Made by a program: the position numbers and the translations under genes. DNA of 64,000 nucleotides from Phoronis australis (Eukaryota > Animalia > Phoronida), in contig NMRA01000116.1 in assembly GCA_002633005.1 (NCBI GenBank), positions 218,474 through 282,473 on the forward strand, in the 5' to 3' direction. A model generated the notes under the pieces. That model worked only from the letters and a program-made list of their open reading frames with translations, had not been told where the DNA came from and ran no database searches. Below are positions 1 through 11,930 of the stretch, piece by piece (within the stretch, counting starts at the first letter, position 1; every line of letters begins with the position of its first letter).

Positions 1-97
1 GATCGACCAACAGGGACACGAATACAACATAGACGATACTTGGAAGGCGATGACTATCTCCAGACTTGTCCACGCTGTCTCCTTTGTTGTCAACCAT
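1..97 (-). CDS. MFSD10: MFS transporter, MFSD10/tetran-like, first coding exon (gene continues beyond the window's left edge)
   Basis: Acceptor ttgcag| (exon starts at 105), ATG at 97, reading MVDNKGDSVDKSGDSHRLPSIVYVVFVSLLVD. This resembles the MFSD10 TM1 'VVFLGLLLDL'. Only 32 codons are visible. Confidence 0.6.
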   Translation of the reverse strand, partial: MVDNKGDSVDKSGDSHRLPSIVYVVFVSLLVD

Positions 98-2222
98 TCT
101 CACAACTGCAATGATTGTAAGTTGCAATTAATCAGGAACAGTAAGGCAGTTGAAACAGTGCTCACGCATCTTCATTGGTCTACTGAAAGAATGAAACTGG
201 GACGGAGTACTTTCTACTAGATTTTGGTGAAGTGTGCCTCTGGGAAATTTTGACACTGTTATACTAGGTGTGTGGCAAAACGCTACGAGTTTCACTGGCT
301 AAAATGCTAGCGTTTTCGCTACCAGCAAGACGATCAAAACTGTTGCAAAAGGGATATTTTCGTAAATAATTATTTCGTAATCTCACCACCCGAGTCACTT
401 TTAAGCGAAAAACAGTTCACATTCTGCCATAAATTGATTGATGTGACAATGAAATATGTCTTACTCCTGTGCATGTGTGTCCTTTGAAGTAGTGTGGCTG
501 CAGTTTTGGGGTATCTTGAATAAACCTACAGCCAACTGTCAGCAAGTGATCCTTGCGACCTCACATTACTGGTGTTTTTGCTGCTAGCAAAAGTGGTAGT
601 GACATCGCTTGCATTTAAGAGTGCTGACAAGGTACCCCAAGTAATGACCCATCACGTCTTGCCATTCCACCTATTGTGAAGCTCAATTCTGTTTGAACAC
701 AGTTGTTATGAAGGGGGAAAAGCCACTTTCTGATATAGCAGTGTTGAGATAAAATATATCTTGTCACTAGATGGCGATAGTATAGTGTAGTCGGTGAGAC
801 ACTAGTCCACATTCTTGTATGGATGTTTTCAGTGTTTTTTTATATTAGTTTTGTGAAATCAAATTGCCATAGTTAAGCAGGTATTTTTTGGTGCTTTCTC
901 GTAAATTTTTTTGACCAACAAGACATCAAATTTTCATAGTTGTATGATGGGACATTTGCACAATTCACACAAAATGTCTGTTTCAAAGTGTCTGAATAAA
1001 GGAAACTGCATTTTGTCCCTCTCACCAGAATTAGAGATTGGGTGAAGTGAAAGAAGCCTTTGCACTCTCACAAGGCTAAAGAATTATACGTAGAATGTTT
1101 CCTATTCCACGACACTTTGTGAGTTGCAGTTATTAAAAGTGATCTAGCTGGGGGCTTTTATGAAAATGCTACCCTTTTGTTGAGGTTTTCTCTAACAAAT
1201 CATTTTGTAGGAGATTAAATTAGTGTTGCAGGGATTCAACAACTTGTTACCCACATAAAGAAAATACTGAATCGAACAATAAGTTTTAATTAATTCTATG
1301 ATCTTGCTAAAAAAGTAAAATCCCTGGAGGTATTTAATCAGGTGAAGTTTCCTTTGTCACACCCAAATCTTCATTTGGTAATTCTAAAAAAGTCACATAA
1401 ACGTGGTGAGAGCAGCGTAAAAATGGCCAGTTGCCGATTTCGAACGAATCACTGTTCGAAAAAAGTTTGATTGCGGGAGCCATTCAAATTGGGAAGAGTT
1501 AACTCTTTAAAAAGACATCTAGGCCTCCTAATTAAGGTGTCCCTCTATGCGCAAGGGGCAGATTTAAGGTAGGCATTGCCTGTAGACTCAGTGAACGTGG
1601 TTTGTTTGCATTTGTGAACTTATTAAGAATGGAAAAGACCACTTGCTCAGCTGTAACTACACTTTTCTTCAAGATGGCAGCCTCATGTTGCAATTATGCA
1701 TTGCTGGGTAGCGACTGGGAAATTGGTTGTGATTTCAGGTAACCCTCAAACAAGCCAAAACTACCAAAAAAATAGTTGGTTGACCACATTTTTGGAATCG
1801 GTAGGCAATTTGCTTTCAGAATCTAATGTTGGCTTATGTCGTGCATCGGTAGGAGAGTGGTGGTTTAGGGGTGAAAAGGGTCAATTTTGTTGTTTTTTGC
1901 CCCTTTTTCTTAGCCTACCTTGCATTTCAATAGGGGTGAAAGAGACATGAATGAAAACATGTCGTTCTTTGCATACGGTTTTATAGGCAATATACATCAC
2001 ACTGTAATGCTTCTAGAGTCACAAAAGCTCTCACTCACAAGATTGAAACGGTGCAGCGACGAGTTGCAAGATTTACCCTCAATGAAACCCCAATACTTCC
2101 TCAGTCAGTGAAATGATTGAATCATTAAGCTGGCAAACCCTCAAACTTTGCTGCTACCTCTCCAATATTCTATAAAATTTCCATCAGACCATCGCCATTC
2201 CCTTTACCTATTTGTATTCCTA

Positions 2223-2405
2223 CATCGGTACACCTACACGTAAATGCCACAGTATGTACTTCATGACATCGGTACACCTATACGTAAATGCCACAGTATG
2301 TACTTCATGGCATCAGTACACCTATACGTAAATACCACAGTATATACTTCATGACATCAGTACACCTACACGTAAATGCCACACTACGTACTTCATGGCA
2401 TCACA
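2223..2405. repeat. 44-bp minisatellite, about 4 copies
   Basis: Unit catcggtacacctacacgtaaatgccacagtatgtacttcatga repeated with few substitutions. Confidence 0.9.
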
Positions 2406-3225
2406 CCACATACCTACAGAACTTCTTCTTCCCTCTACAAAAGTTTCCTGGAACAACTTACCTGTCCACGTCATTGGTCTGTATCATTTCCCGAGAGCCC
2501 TCCTCTCATGTTAGACATCATTGCACTTCATGCGCACTGCACTGCACCCTCACACTGCATTCTAGTACATACACAAACACATCTCACCATTGCATATATA
2601 TTCCATAACATGCGCCACTTTGGAATACTCGACTCCGCGAGTGTGAAGTGTTACTACAGAGATAGATAGACAGCCAGCCGAGAAGGCCACCAGCCGAGAG
2701 GCTACTTGTAACAGCTTTCGACAGAGTGAAGGAAAGGTGACAAATCCAGTGATATGTAGGCAAAACCCAGTGAGAACTGTTCTGTGCCCCCTATAGCAAC
2801 ATGACTTCGATGATTTAATACGTGAGAGGCATAATTCCCAAACAGCTTCCGGCACATGAAGGGCCTACGGCCGGGTAGACAGTTTTACTGGAGAATAATA
2901 TTATTTTTTCAGTAGTTATTCCTAACTTTGCTTCTTGCTTTTGTGTAAGTCGGAGTGAATCACCTTGCTTTCAAACATCTAGTCAGTAATCAACACGTCA
3001 GATCATGGCCAACAATGTTCAACACTGAACCCACTTTTCCCTGCCTATGCGCAGGTCGGGCTTGCACATGCACAAGATCTCTTGTGACCAGTATTTTCTT
3101 CTTACGGACATACATATGATACTGCGCTAACCCCACTCACTTTTCCTGCCACAGACAATCTTGCACACAGACCAACCGTGTCTCAGCACATAATGCTGTA
3201 CTGTGCAATGACGCTGGCTCCTGCT

Positions 3226-3371
3226 CATGGGCGGCACACCATAGGGGGCTCGGGGGCTATAGCCCCATTTTATTTCACTTCTGTGCCACCCATGGTCACG
3301 AAACAGGGTGGCGCACCATAGGGGGCTGGGGGATATAGCCCCCCACTTATTTCAGAGTTGCACCACCCATG
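3226..3371. repeat. Two adjacent copies of a ~70-bp hairpin (MITE-like) dispersed repeat
   Basis: catgggcggcgcaccatagggggct...atagcccc...gtgccgcccatg. Further copies at 13736-13807, ~29925-29992 and ~29997-30060. Confidence 0.75.
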
Positions 3372-3585
3372 ATGCTCTCCCACCAACTCATCAATCAAGC
3401 TCATGGGCTGCTGTCAGGGAGCAGNACAGCTAGTCTAATGCATATCATTCCCATATATCCCCCACACCCATTGCTATTGTTCTACACCCCTTCCCTCCCT
3501 CTTGAAAGCGAAGGCACTGCTCACGACTGAGCTGGTACTACTCCGAGGAAACAAATGAGACAAAAAAGTTCAAGTTTGCTTGATC

Positions 3586-3747
3586 CAGGGGTGGATTCAG
3601 GATTTTGAGTTGGGTGGGGGGGCAGGGCAGAGTATTGGCCAAGATTTGCCCGTCAGACATTTACACCCCCGAACTGCCAAATGGAATATGGGAGAATTTT
3701 AAGGGGGCCCCATGGCCCCCTTGCCCCACCCCCTAAATCTGCCACTC
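3586..3747 (+). repeat. ~150-bp dispersed repeat family with GC-rich inverted ends
   Basis: ggattcaggattttgagttggg...cagagtattggccaagatttgcccgtcagacatt...cccctaaatctgccact. Copies at ~9427-9585 (+), ~6414-6552 (-), ~29180-29302 (-) and a partial copy at ~4870-4910. Confidence 0.8.
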
Positions 3748-3860
3748 AGTGATCGCTTGTATTGAGACCCAATGATAATGAATTATACGCTTGGAATGAT
3801 ATGAATACCAGTACAAGCTAAGTCCAGTACTCCGGTAGTAGGCCTGTCTGTAGCCGTAGG

Positions 3861-4183
3861 CCTACCAGATGCCTAGACCCGCACATAAAAGCATAGTTAC
3901 TGAAAAACGTCCAGTACCAGATTCCTACTCATCCGTGGTGCCAGAGTACTAGCAACAGAAGTTAAAATTACGGTACCGGACGGCTAGTCAAGATCGTAAC
4001 CTGTGCTACAAGTCCGTACCGGATGCCTAGCCACGACGGCACGAGCGTCGGATGCACAACACCCGTTACAAGTCGCGGTAACGGACGGCTAATCAAGATC
4101 GGTAGCTGTGCTAGACGTCCAGTACCAGATGCCTACCCAAGAGCTTCTAATGTAGGGCTGCCCGTCCGGCACCGGACGACTAG
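3861..4183 (+). repeat. Array of 8 copies of a ~15-bp motif GTACCRGAYGNCTA with variable spacers
   Basis: Copies start near 3862, 3914, 3938, 3973, 4016, 4078, 4122 and 4169. Segments 3973-4030 and 4078-4136 form a diverged higher-order duplication. Confidence 0.75.
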
Positions 4184-4256
4184 TTGGATATCTTAGCACA
4201 ACAGCGGCTGAAAAACTGCGAAATCATCTATCCACTGGGGAAGCATGTTTACTTAC

Positions 4257-4410
4257 CACCGACGTCCACTGCAAACAACACACCGAGACAAGCGTGAACT
4301 CCCGAGGTCGACCGGAGTCTCCCGTTTAGATAACTGATCGTAGCGCCCTCTGAGAACTTCACTTCCACTTCAGTACCGCAACATACGGTCATTGGCTCAT
4401 CGATTGATTT
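4257..4410 (-). promoter_or_regulatory. Putative promoter and non-coding first exon of the MFSD10-like gene
   Basis: Strong minus-strand donor G|GTAAGT (+ strand acttacc, 4251-4257), CpG-rich stretch, and CCAAT box (attgg at 4391). Confidence 0.4.
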
Positions 4411-7400
4411 CCAGTCGGGTAGGGATCATACGCTTGTTATGTACCTACTGTCCTGTTTTGGTGGGAAAGTTCCGCTTTTTGAAGCTTTGTCCCGCTCCTT
4501 CCACAGCATCCTGCTTTTTGACACACCGGCGACGAAGTTGACGTTACCGGGATCACGTAGTTTTGTGCCGGCCTTGCAGTGGCGGATTAAGTTAGGGGGG
4601 GGGGACAATGGCCCCATAAATTTCTACCTGATACCATTTTGTTTGCAGTTCGGGAGCGAATCGCTGACTAGCACATGCGCGCAATCCGCAGGGGGCTCAG
4701 GGGGTGAATAAACAATGCATAGGCCCTGAACAAACCCCGTTTACCGTTTTAAGTTTTTTTGTTTTGTTTTTTTTTAGTCAAAAGGTCCGCAAACCCAGAA
4801 ATTCGAGACCCCTGCATCCCTACATTTTAGTCTGGGCGCGCGCGCCTGCCGAAACTTTGGTTATTCCTGTGCCCTGGCCCCCCTAACTCAAAATCCTGGA
4901 TCTGCCCCTGCCTCATGAGTTAGTATATAGTTCAGTGGTCATCTGACTTAACTATTCCCTGTTCAATGATTCCCACAGGTATGACTAAACGGAGAGCGTA
5001 AAAAACGTTGTCGACTGGAGTTCCTGGTTGTTGCGGCGGACGCCGTTTGCCCCTTGCGGATGGCATAGATCCAGGTGTCCCGTTCAGTTTCACAGGGCGG
5101 GAACTCATTGATCGTTAGGTGCAATGACACAACAGTCACTGTAGACCTTGACTTTTTGTAACGGAACTTGCCACGTGATATTCTGATTGAGCCAAATATA
5201 AAAAGGGCAGTATACGGCCACTTTAGTTTTATTACATACCACCAGGTACATGTGTTACAAACCTAANAACGGAACTTGCCACGTGATATTCTGATTTAGC
5301 CAAATATAAAAAGGGCAGTATACGGCCACTTTAGTTTTATTACCACCAGGTACATGTGTTACAAACCTAAATGATCAGGCATCAAGTAGAGAACACAGCT
5401 CTAAACCGCTTGGTTTGTCGCGTCTGGTGCCGAAGCACATTATATGAAATCAATTGAACACTGGTTGAACCGACGTGTATCAATAACTGTAAGCTGTTTG
5501 ATAAATTCACATTTAAAGAGTACGTTAATTTAAGTTTGGTTTTCCATTACTCAAATTATATTTCACTAGTTCGGCAAAATGTTACTGTGCCAATGTATAA
5601 ATAGTTTTTCATAGCTGATCATTGCAAAGAGCCGATTTGAGTGAAAATAAACAGAAAAGCGTTTATGGCGCTGCTTTAGCAATCGATAAAATTTGCCAGT
5701 TACTAAAGTGTGGTGAGTCTTAAGCCATGAGAGTGTAACGTGGCATCGGGTCTGTATAATGGACGAATTTAGGCCATGAGTCCAACTGTTTTACAAGAGT
5801 CAAGACGTATGTGACAATCTTCTGACTCACATGCAGGCGCAGGCGGCTGTCCCTAACATGTCTTAAACCATAGACGGATTTAGTACGTCACCATGGAGTG
5901 GGACCTCAGTCCTCAGTAGTCGATAGAAAATGTTCGCGTAGTCCAATAACGGAAATGTTAGCGGCTTTAACTGTTTTGTTTCGAATGTCTTTTCGTTTGC
6001 AAGGGCGCTGTGGTTGGAGGTTCTATTAATATTCTTGATCTAGTCCCCATGTAAGTTACTCATAACAAGTGTTTCTCAGCTAAATGTGAGTTTCATTGCA
6101 GGTATCATTCAAAAAAATAATATAATATTGTTAAAGTAGTTCCACAGTTTTGAAAGTGGACACCCAGGAATGGAGCTGAGTCAATTTTTGAGAAAGTATA
6201 AAGGCTGCATTAAGTGGCGGATTTAGAGGACCCCCCTAAAATTCTTCCAGATTCTATTTGGCAGTATGGGGGTGCGAATGTCTGACGGGNGTTTCATTGC
6301 AGGTATCATTCAAAAAAAATAATATAATATTGTTAAAGTAGTTCCACAGTTTTGAAAGTGGACACCCAGGAATGGAGCTGAGTCAATTTTTGAGAAAGTA
6401 TAAAGGCTGCATTCAGTGGCGGATTTAGAGGACCCCCCTAAAATTCTTCCAGATTCTATTTGGCAGTATGGGGGTGCGAATGTCTGACGGGCAAAATCCT
6501 GGCTAATACTCTGCCCTGGCCCCCCTAACTCAAAATCCTGGATCCGCCCCTGGCATTTCGCCCTGTTTAACTGGCAAAAAACGAAAATCGAATTAAGCGT
6601 TCTATTCTCGTAAAGTCACTCTCACTATATATCTTACTATGAAAGGATTATATTACGTAATACCAACAAGCCTGACATCGAAACCATCAGCCACTCCGCT
6701 AGAAACCGCTTATGAAATCGATTTTACGCGAATAAAAGGCCTAGCCAAGGCGAAATGTAATTTTAAGTATTAAAATGTCAAAGGTCATTCAAATGTTGTT
6801 TTATGAAGTACTGAGGGCGGTTGCGAAGGTTGACGATGATGTCGTCAGAGTAAGTGAATTGCCTTTTTATCTATATTTCTGTCCTTATATTACTGTATCT
6901 TCGTTTTGGCTGTCAATGGACAGGCGAAACACACCAAGTGGAACAGAAAGACATTTGCATCAACCCAAATCATCCTTCAGTTTCCTTTAGTTTTAGTTTG
7001 TCCGTTTAGTGATTACGTAACCGAGGTTCCAGTTCATGATTTGCATGATTGAGTAGCCAGTGCGTTCTCATCATTAGATAGAAGTATTTTTCCCAGGCAG
7101 CAATTCAACAGCAGGCCAGACCCATCGTGAAACATGTGGCAAGATGAATTGAGAAATAATCGCTTGTGCGCAGATGACTCGTGTTTTTTCGCTTTCAACA
7201 TCGTAGGGCCAGGCGAATTGTATTTCGTCGATAAGAAAGTTAGTGGGTCTGCCCGCTTTTCAAAATAATCAAATAATGATTAGTATGCATCATAAATGAA
7301 GACGAAGTTTGGCGGCAGCCCTTCTAGAAAGCAAAATGGATTGTTGTATACGTACACGACAGTATGATGCTTGTTTAATACACTGGGGCTACCGACTAAA

Positions 7401-8814
7401 TTAAACGAATAAAATGGATCAAAAGACGAATATAGACGGCAAAGATATACTAAGACTTCCTTCAGTCTGTTGCATTTTACCGTCGATGAAGAATATGGGT
7501 AATTTTAGGAGCGCACCCCGCGTCATTGGCACACAAAAATTCCCATTGACACACTGTAACTATCGGATTTTTACAGGGGCAAAGGGGCAATTGCTTTTTT
7601 TACTCGAGGTCGCCCGAACAAGATAGGACCTCTCTGAAAGGTGCTCGTCAATATAAAAGGCTATATCATTCATCAGAAAAAGCTGGAAAAGTGACAGTTA
7701 CAAGTAAATCCATCATCGTCAACTAAAGTTCAAGGTGAAGCTAAATGCCTGCCTGCCCGTATGTACCTAGGTCTCTGTTGGCTGCCTCCTTAAAAAGAGT
7801 TTCGATTTCAAAAAGCAGTGCACTTTGGTGTATTGGCGGAACGGGGATAAACACCTTCAAAAAGCAGGACATTCCCCTTTTGTCCCGCCAAAAGTGGGAC
7901 AATAGGAAAGTACGAAAAGGATCGTTGATGTCGGTGAAATTCATTATGTCGTGTTCGTCGCTGACAGTAGTCAACCGGCGGTCGGTGTCACCTTCAGTTT
8001 TGTACCTTATGAGTGTGTGTGCGACGTCTCTGTCATAGTTTTCAGTGGTGCTGGGATTGGCAACGGCAAATCAAGGCCAGTGACTTTATACCAGTTGAAT
8101 ATTGCTAAAGTCTTTAGCTCTGTGAGCAGAGGGGCCGACTGGTTCCAATACGCCCTTAGGTTGATCTCAGAAATTACTTTTCTCGACAATAGTGGTACCT
8201 TTAACGTCACATCCATTGTCGTTGGCGTTTTAATTATCCCCGAAATGCTTGTTTGTGGAGTGTTTGCAGCGGTGTCATGGGCTTCGATGTCGTCCTCTAT
8301 GCCACTTTAATATGTTTATGTTGCCTTGGAAAAATTTACATTTACAACTCTCGAGAAAACGCTCGCTGTTTTAACAGATCAGTTATCAAGTTGGGTATGA
8401 GTTGCCAGTAGTATACAACGTAATGCAGTGTAGGCCCCTTTTGTTCCTAATACAAGAGCCTGACTGATTGTAAGGTACTGTGAAATGTTTCTTCGCTTTT
8501 ACCACTACAAAACCACTTGTTCGGTCATGTTATATCAAATGAAATCTGGCCATTTCATCGATTCCGTAATGTTATGTTATCAATGAACCTTCCTTTTTTG
8601 CAAAATTTTATTTAAGATACAGTAACAGTTTTGTAGACATTTGGTTAAACACTCAGACAGGCATTGCGGCTCTCGTGAACCTGCATGGATGATCTCTTTT
8701 TCCATGTTTGGCATTATGTAGATTGACTCCATACGTCAGAGAGCAAAGCCAAATTAATTGGCTAACTGAGAAACCTTGGCAGGTGCACGAGTCTGTTTGG
8801 GATGTTGAGGCTCA

Positions 8815-9024
8815 CATGCGCGCACCCACTGAGCCTAAAATATAGGGAGGCTAGAACTTTTGCCGTTCACTAAAAAAACGGGGTACCAAGTTCACTGTTA
8901 TTAATTGTGCATTCGTACCTTTTTAGTGGACTTTTGTCTCGTTTGTTTCTCTGAGGCGGACCTTTTTGCCCACTTCGCCAAATGGGGGGGGGCTCGTCGA
9001 GCCCCTCCCTGGGTGCGCGCATGG
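8815..9024. mobile_element. MITE with catgcgcgcaccca TIRs
   Basis: TIR pair catgcgcgcaccca/tgggtgcgcgcatg with gctca on both flanks. A homologous copy lies at ~55502-55736. Confidence 0.7.
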
Positions 9025-10089
9025 CTCAAAAACGGTGCGAACGAAAATTTTGGCAAATGAAAACAAATTTTAAGAATGAACTTCAGCTGAGTAATTTGTA
9101 TTTTTCCGTACAAAATTCAGAGCACAATTCCGTACTGTTATCTCTAACAATGACAAATACGGAGAAGTACCAGCAGTTATCCTTGAAGCAGTAGCCTAAA
9201 GGCAACCTGAAATCCTCGAAACTAGCAGTTTTGATATTCAGTGCACTTGAGTACACGAGGACCTGACCAAACAGGTGAATTCTTGCAAACTTGCTTCGCG
9301 ATAGCTATTTTATCTAAAATATATGACATCACATCTGTCCAGCAGAATCACAATCAAACATTTAATAAATAACCAAATAGTAAATAACTTCATATTCCTG
9401 ACATGTTTCGAGTGCATCTCGAAACGGACGGATCCAGCACTTTGAGTTGGGGGGAGGGGGGGGCAGGGCAAAGTATTAGCCAAGATTTTGCCTTTCAGAC
9501 ATTCGCACCCGAACTGCTAAATGGAATCTGGGAAAATTTTAGGGGGGAGCATGGCCCCCTAGGCTCCTCCCTAAATCTGCCACTGTTATTTGGTTATTTA
9601 TTAAATATATGTTGCCAGTGGTCCTCTTTATTACATCTCTCCTCAGTGTTGAGCAAATCGGACAGGGGCACTTTTGTGCCTGTCATTCAAAACTAGTGTT
9701 TTCTGTTTGTGTACACACTGACTCAATAATAACTCTAAGCTCAAAATGCACATAGTGTATTTCCATATTAAACCGTGTAAAATAAATAAATGTAATAAAG
9801 AAATTGTCAAAATCATATAATGTTAGTAAGAAATCCCGTCATTAATCTTCGCCATACAAAGAAGGGCGAAGGCTCTTATAATAAATAAAGTTTGCAGTTT
9901 CCCGTCAGTCACAAATAGGTCCTCATTCGTTGACTGCCATCGCCGCCTCTACCCCGACACCGCCACCATTTTTGGCAGTAAGCTATACCACATCGTGTCA
10001 AATGCTGTCAGCAACGACTTCGACTCAGTTGCAACATGTTGCACACATGGAAAAGTAGAAAATATTTGAACACCGCAATACATTGCCTG

Positions 10090-11930
10090 TTAACGCCTTC
10101 TGACTGGGCTCCTTCCTAAAAGCGGCGCGAACACTGACCGGCTGTCAATCATGCATTCGCAACCAACCCTCAGTTGGTGCGTGTACAATTCCCATTCGTC
10201 AACCAACACCTGTTGTCCTTCAACTACGGCAATGGCACAAGCGCCTTCTTTTTTGCGCAACAGATTGATTGTAAGGGTACGTTGTTTGCAGGCACCGTGT
10301 GCTAAAAGAAAAAATATACAAGGATTGACATAGAATTCCTGTTTTGGCGAAGAACGCCCTTAGTGTAACCCCAGTTGGACGCGTCGGTGAATCAATGACG
10401 CCACTACGACGCCCGCGACGAAAGTGGCAGGTTCACGCCTCGTCAACAATGGCTGCAATTAATTGACTTCGCCGATTCCGCCAGGTCAACTGGCTAAGAC
10501 ATCTGATTAGCCGAAAGTCGTCATTGAGGACTAATCAGTCAGCCGCTTGACGCCGCACAACCGCGAAAGTCAATCAAATGTACCCTAATGTTTTGGCCGC
10601 ATGATAATATGGCCCTGGACCGATACGGTAGGAGTTGTCCAGATAGTCTGACACGAATTAGCGAAATGCATCACGTACAGGCCCAGGAATGACAAATAAG
10701 GGCCCCAGTTTACACCTGCATTAGCTATACATGAAAGCTAACATACAAGTATGGGCCGATCCCGAGGGTGTTATCATTGCNGGCTGAAATGATAAGATGT
10801 ATTCAGCATACTGATAACTCCACAGTATGCTACAACTGTCATTCTTTTTCAGAATACCATACGTTGCGTAATGTGTATTAGTGTATACAAACGCGTTTAG
10901 GCAAACACATTTTGATCGATCTGACCATGGGTTTTTCGAAATCTGATGCAGGAGTTCCCGTTTTTACTATCAAGCAAGTTCTGAAGTAAGTAAAAAGTGA
11001 AATTCAGTAGCTGAATTTCACTTTTTATGAGCTCAGAGAAATTGATAGCAAAATTCGATCAACTGTTTGGTCATTTTGTCAGAAATTCAAAAATTGAACT
11101 TAAAACTCTGTATTATTTGTAGAAATTGTAAGTAAAAATTAAACTAATAGTTACTTACTTGAGGTTCGCTTTGACCTTTCAGCATCTAGTCTGTCGTTCG
11201 AGACAATATCTTCTACAACTTTCCGCAAAGAACTTCGAGTTGTTCTGTGGAACTTTCGTTTCATAAGGTATTTTAATAACATCTGCTTTGCTTTGTAATT
11301 GTCGTCATTTTCATCGAATGGTCGTGGGTGAAAAGATGGGTCCTGAAAGGGTGGAAACATCGTATATAACCCCGCTTTTTCACATCAAATATTTTCCCAT
11401 CAAATGTTTTACTGAATTTTCCTTTCAAATTATTTTCACCGACTATAGTTACACTTTTCAAGGTTCGTTCTAGGAAATTCACTAATTTCATAAACAGATG
11501 ATTATCAGATTTTGGGTTACCAGTTGCAATTCATATAATCTTTACGACACCGAAATAAACAGTAGAGTACGTTCTATTTATCATTAGCACGAGGTTTGCG
11601 CTTTGGCTACTTTGCCAGAGCGCCGTCTTAGGCAACCGAGCCTTCTCTAAACTAGAATTCCTCAACTCACACGTTGTCGATCTCTGGATCGGAACTTTTC
11701 CATAAAATCTTTCTTGGCTCTGACTGGGTTATTTGTGGCCATATAGGATGGCAAGAATGCTCCTCCCTTCTGTCTCAGTACCTCCATCATGTGGTCGTCG
11801 TCCAAGGCAAGGCGGCGCAGGCGTGTCCCGTTGGTGGTGTTGACGTAGTTGGGGTCCTCCGAGTCGACTGGGCTGCATGGCACAGTTTGGTTTAGAATCT
11901 GTATGCCACTGAGCGAAATGGAACGTTTAC
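10090..11930 (-). CDS. Trunk/PTTH-family (noggin-related) secreted cystine-knot hormone precursor, partial
   Basis: Exons 11930-11671 (LRQKGGAFLPSYMAT, like the trunk/noggin 'LGxAFNPRYMS' motif), 11342-11159 (ends with the furin-type site RSKR-TS) and 10301-10090 (HGACKQRTLTINLLRKKEGAC...DEWELYTHQLRVGCECM...stop, matching trunk 'CKPRSFTIKVLRRKxGxC...W...CCEC'). All junctions are GT-AG and phase-compatible. The signal-peptide exon and the first half of the cystine knot were not found; there is a gap 'n' at 10781. Confidence 0.8.
10451..10585. mobile_element. Degenerate palindromic MITE in the intron of the trunk-like gene
   Basis: Nested inverted repeats attgacttcgc/gcgaaagtcaat and ctgattag/ctaatcag. 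Confidence 0.5.

Noticed and set aside
2288-2669. ORFs of 97-106 aa, and similar His/Thr-rich ORFs such as 60293-60619
   Set aside because: By-products of minisatellite or (CA)-rich sequence. Most other short ORFs in the track also lack recognisable motifs or are antisense to real exons.
3861-4183. CRISPR-like repeat-spacer appearance
   Set aside because: Eukaryotic context, degenerate 15-bp repeats, irregular spacers and no cas genes; kept only as a motif array.
5160-5370. ~105-bp direct tandem duplication
   Set aside because: The copies sit on either side of a single 'n' (5267), typical of unmerged contig or haplotype overlap.
6090-6491. ~200-bp direct tandem duplication
   Set aside because: The junction is the 'n' at 6290; likely an assembly artefact.
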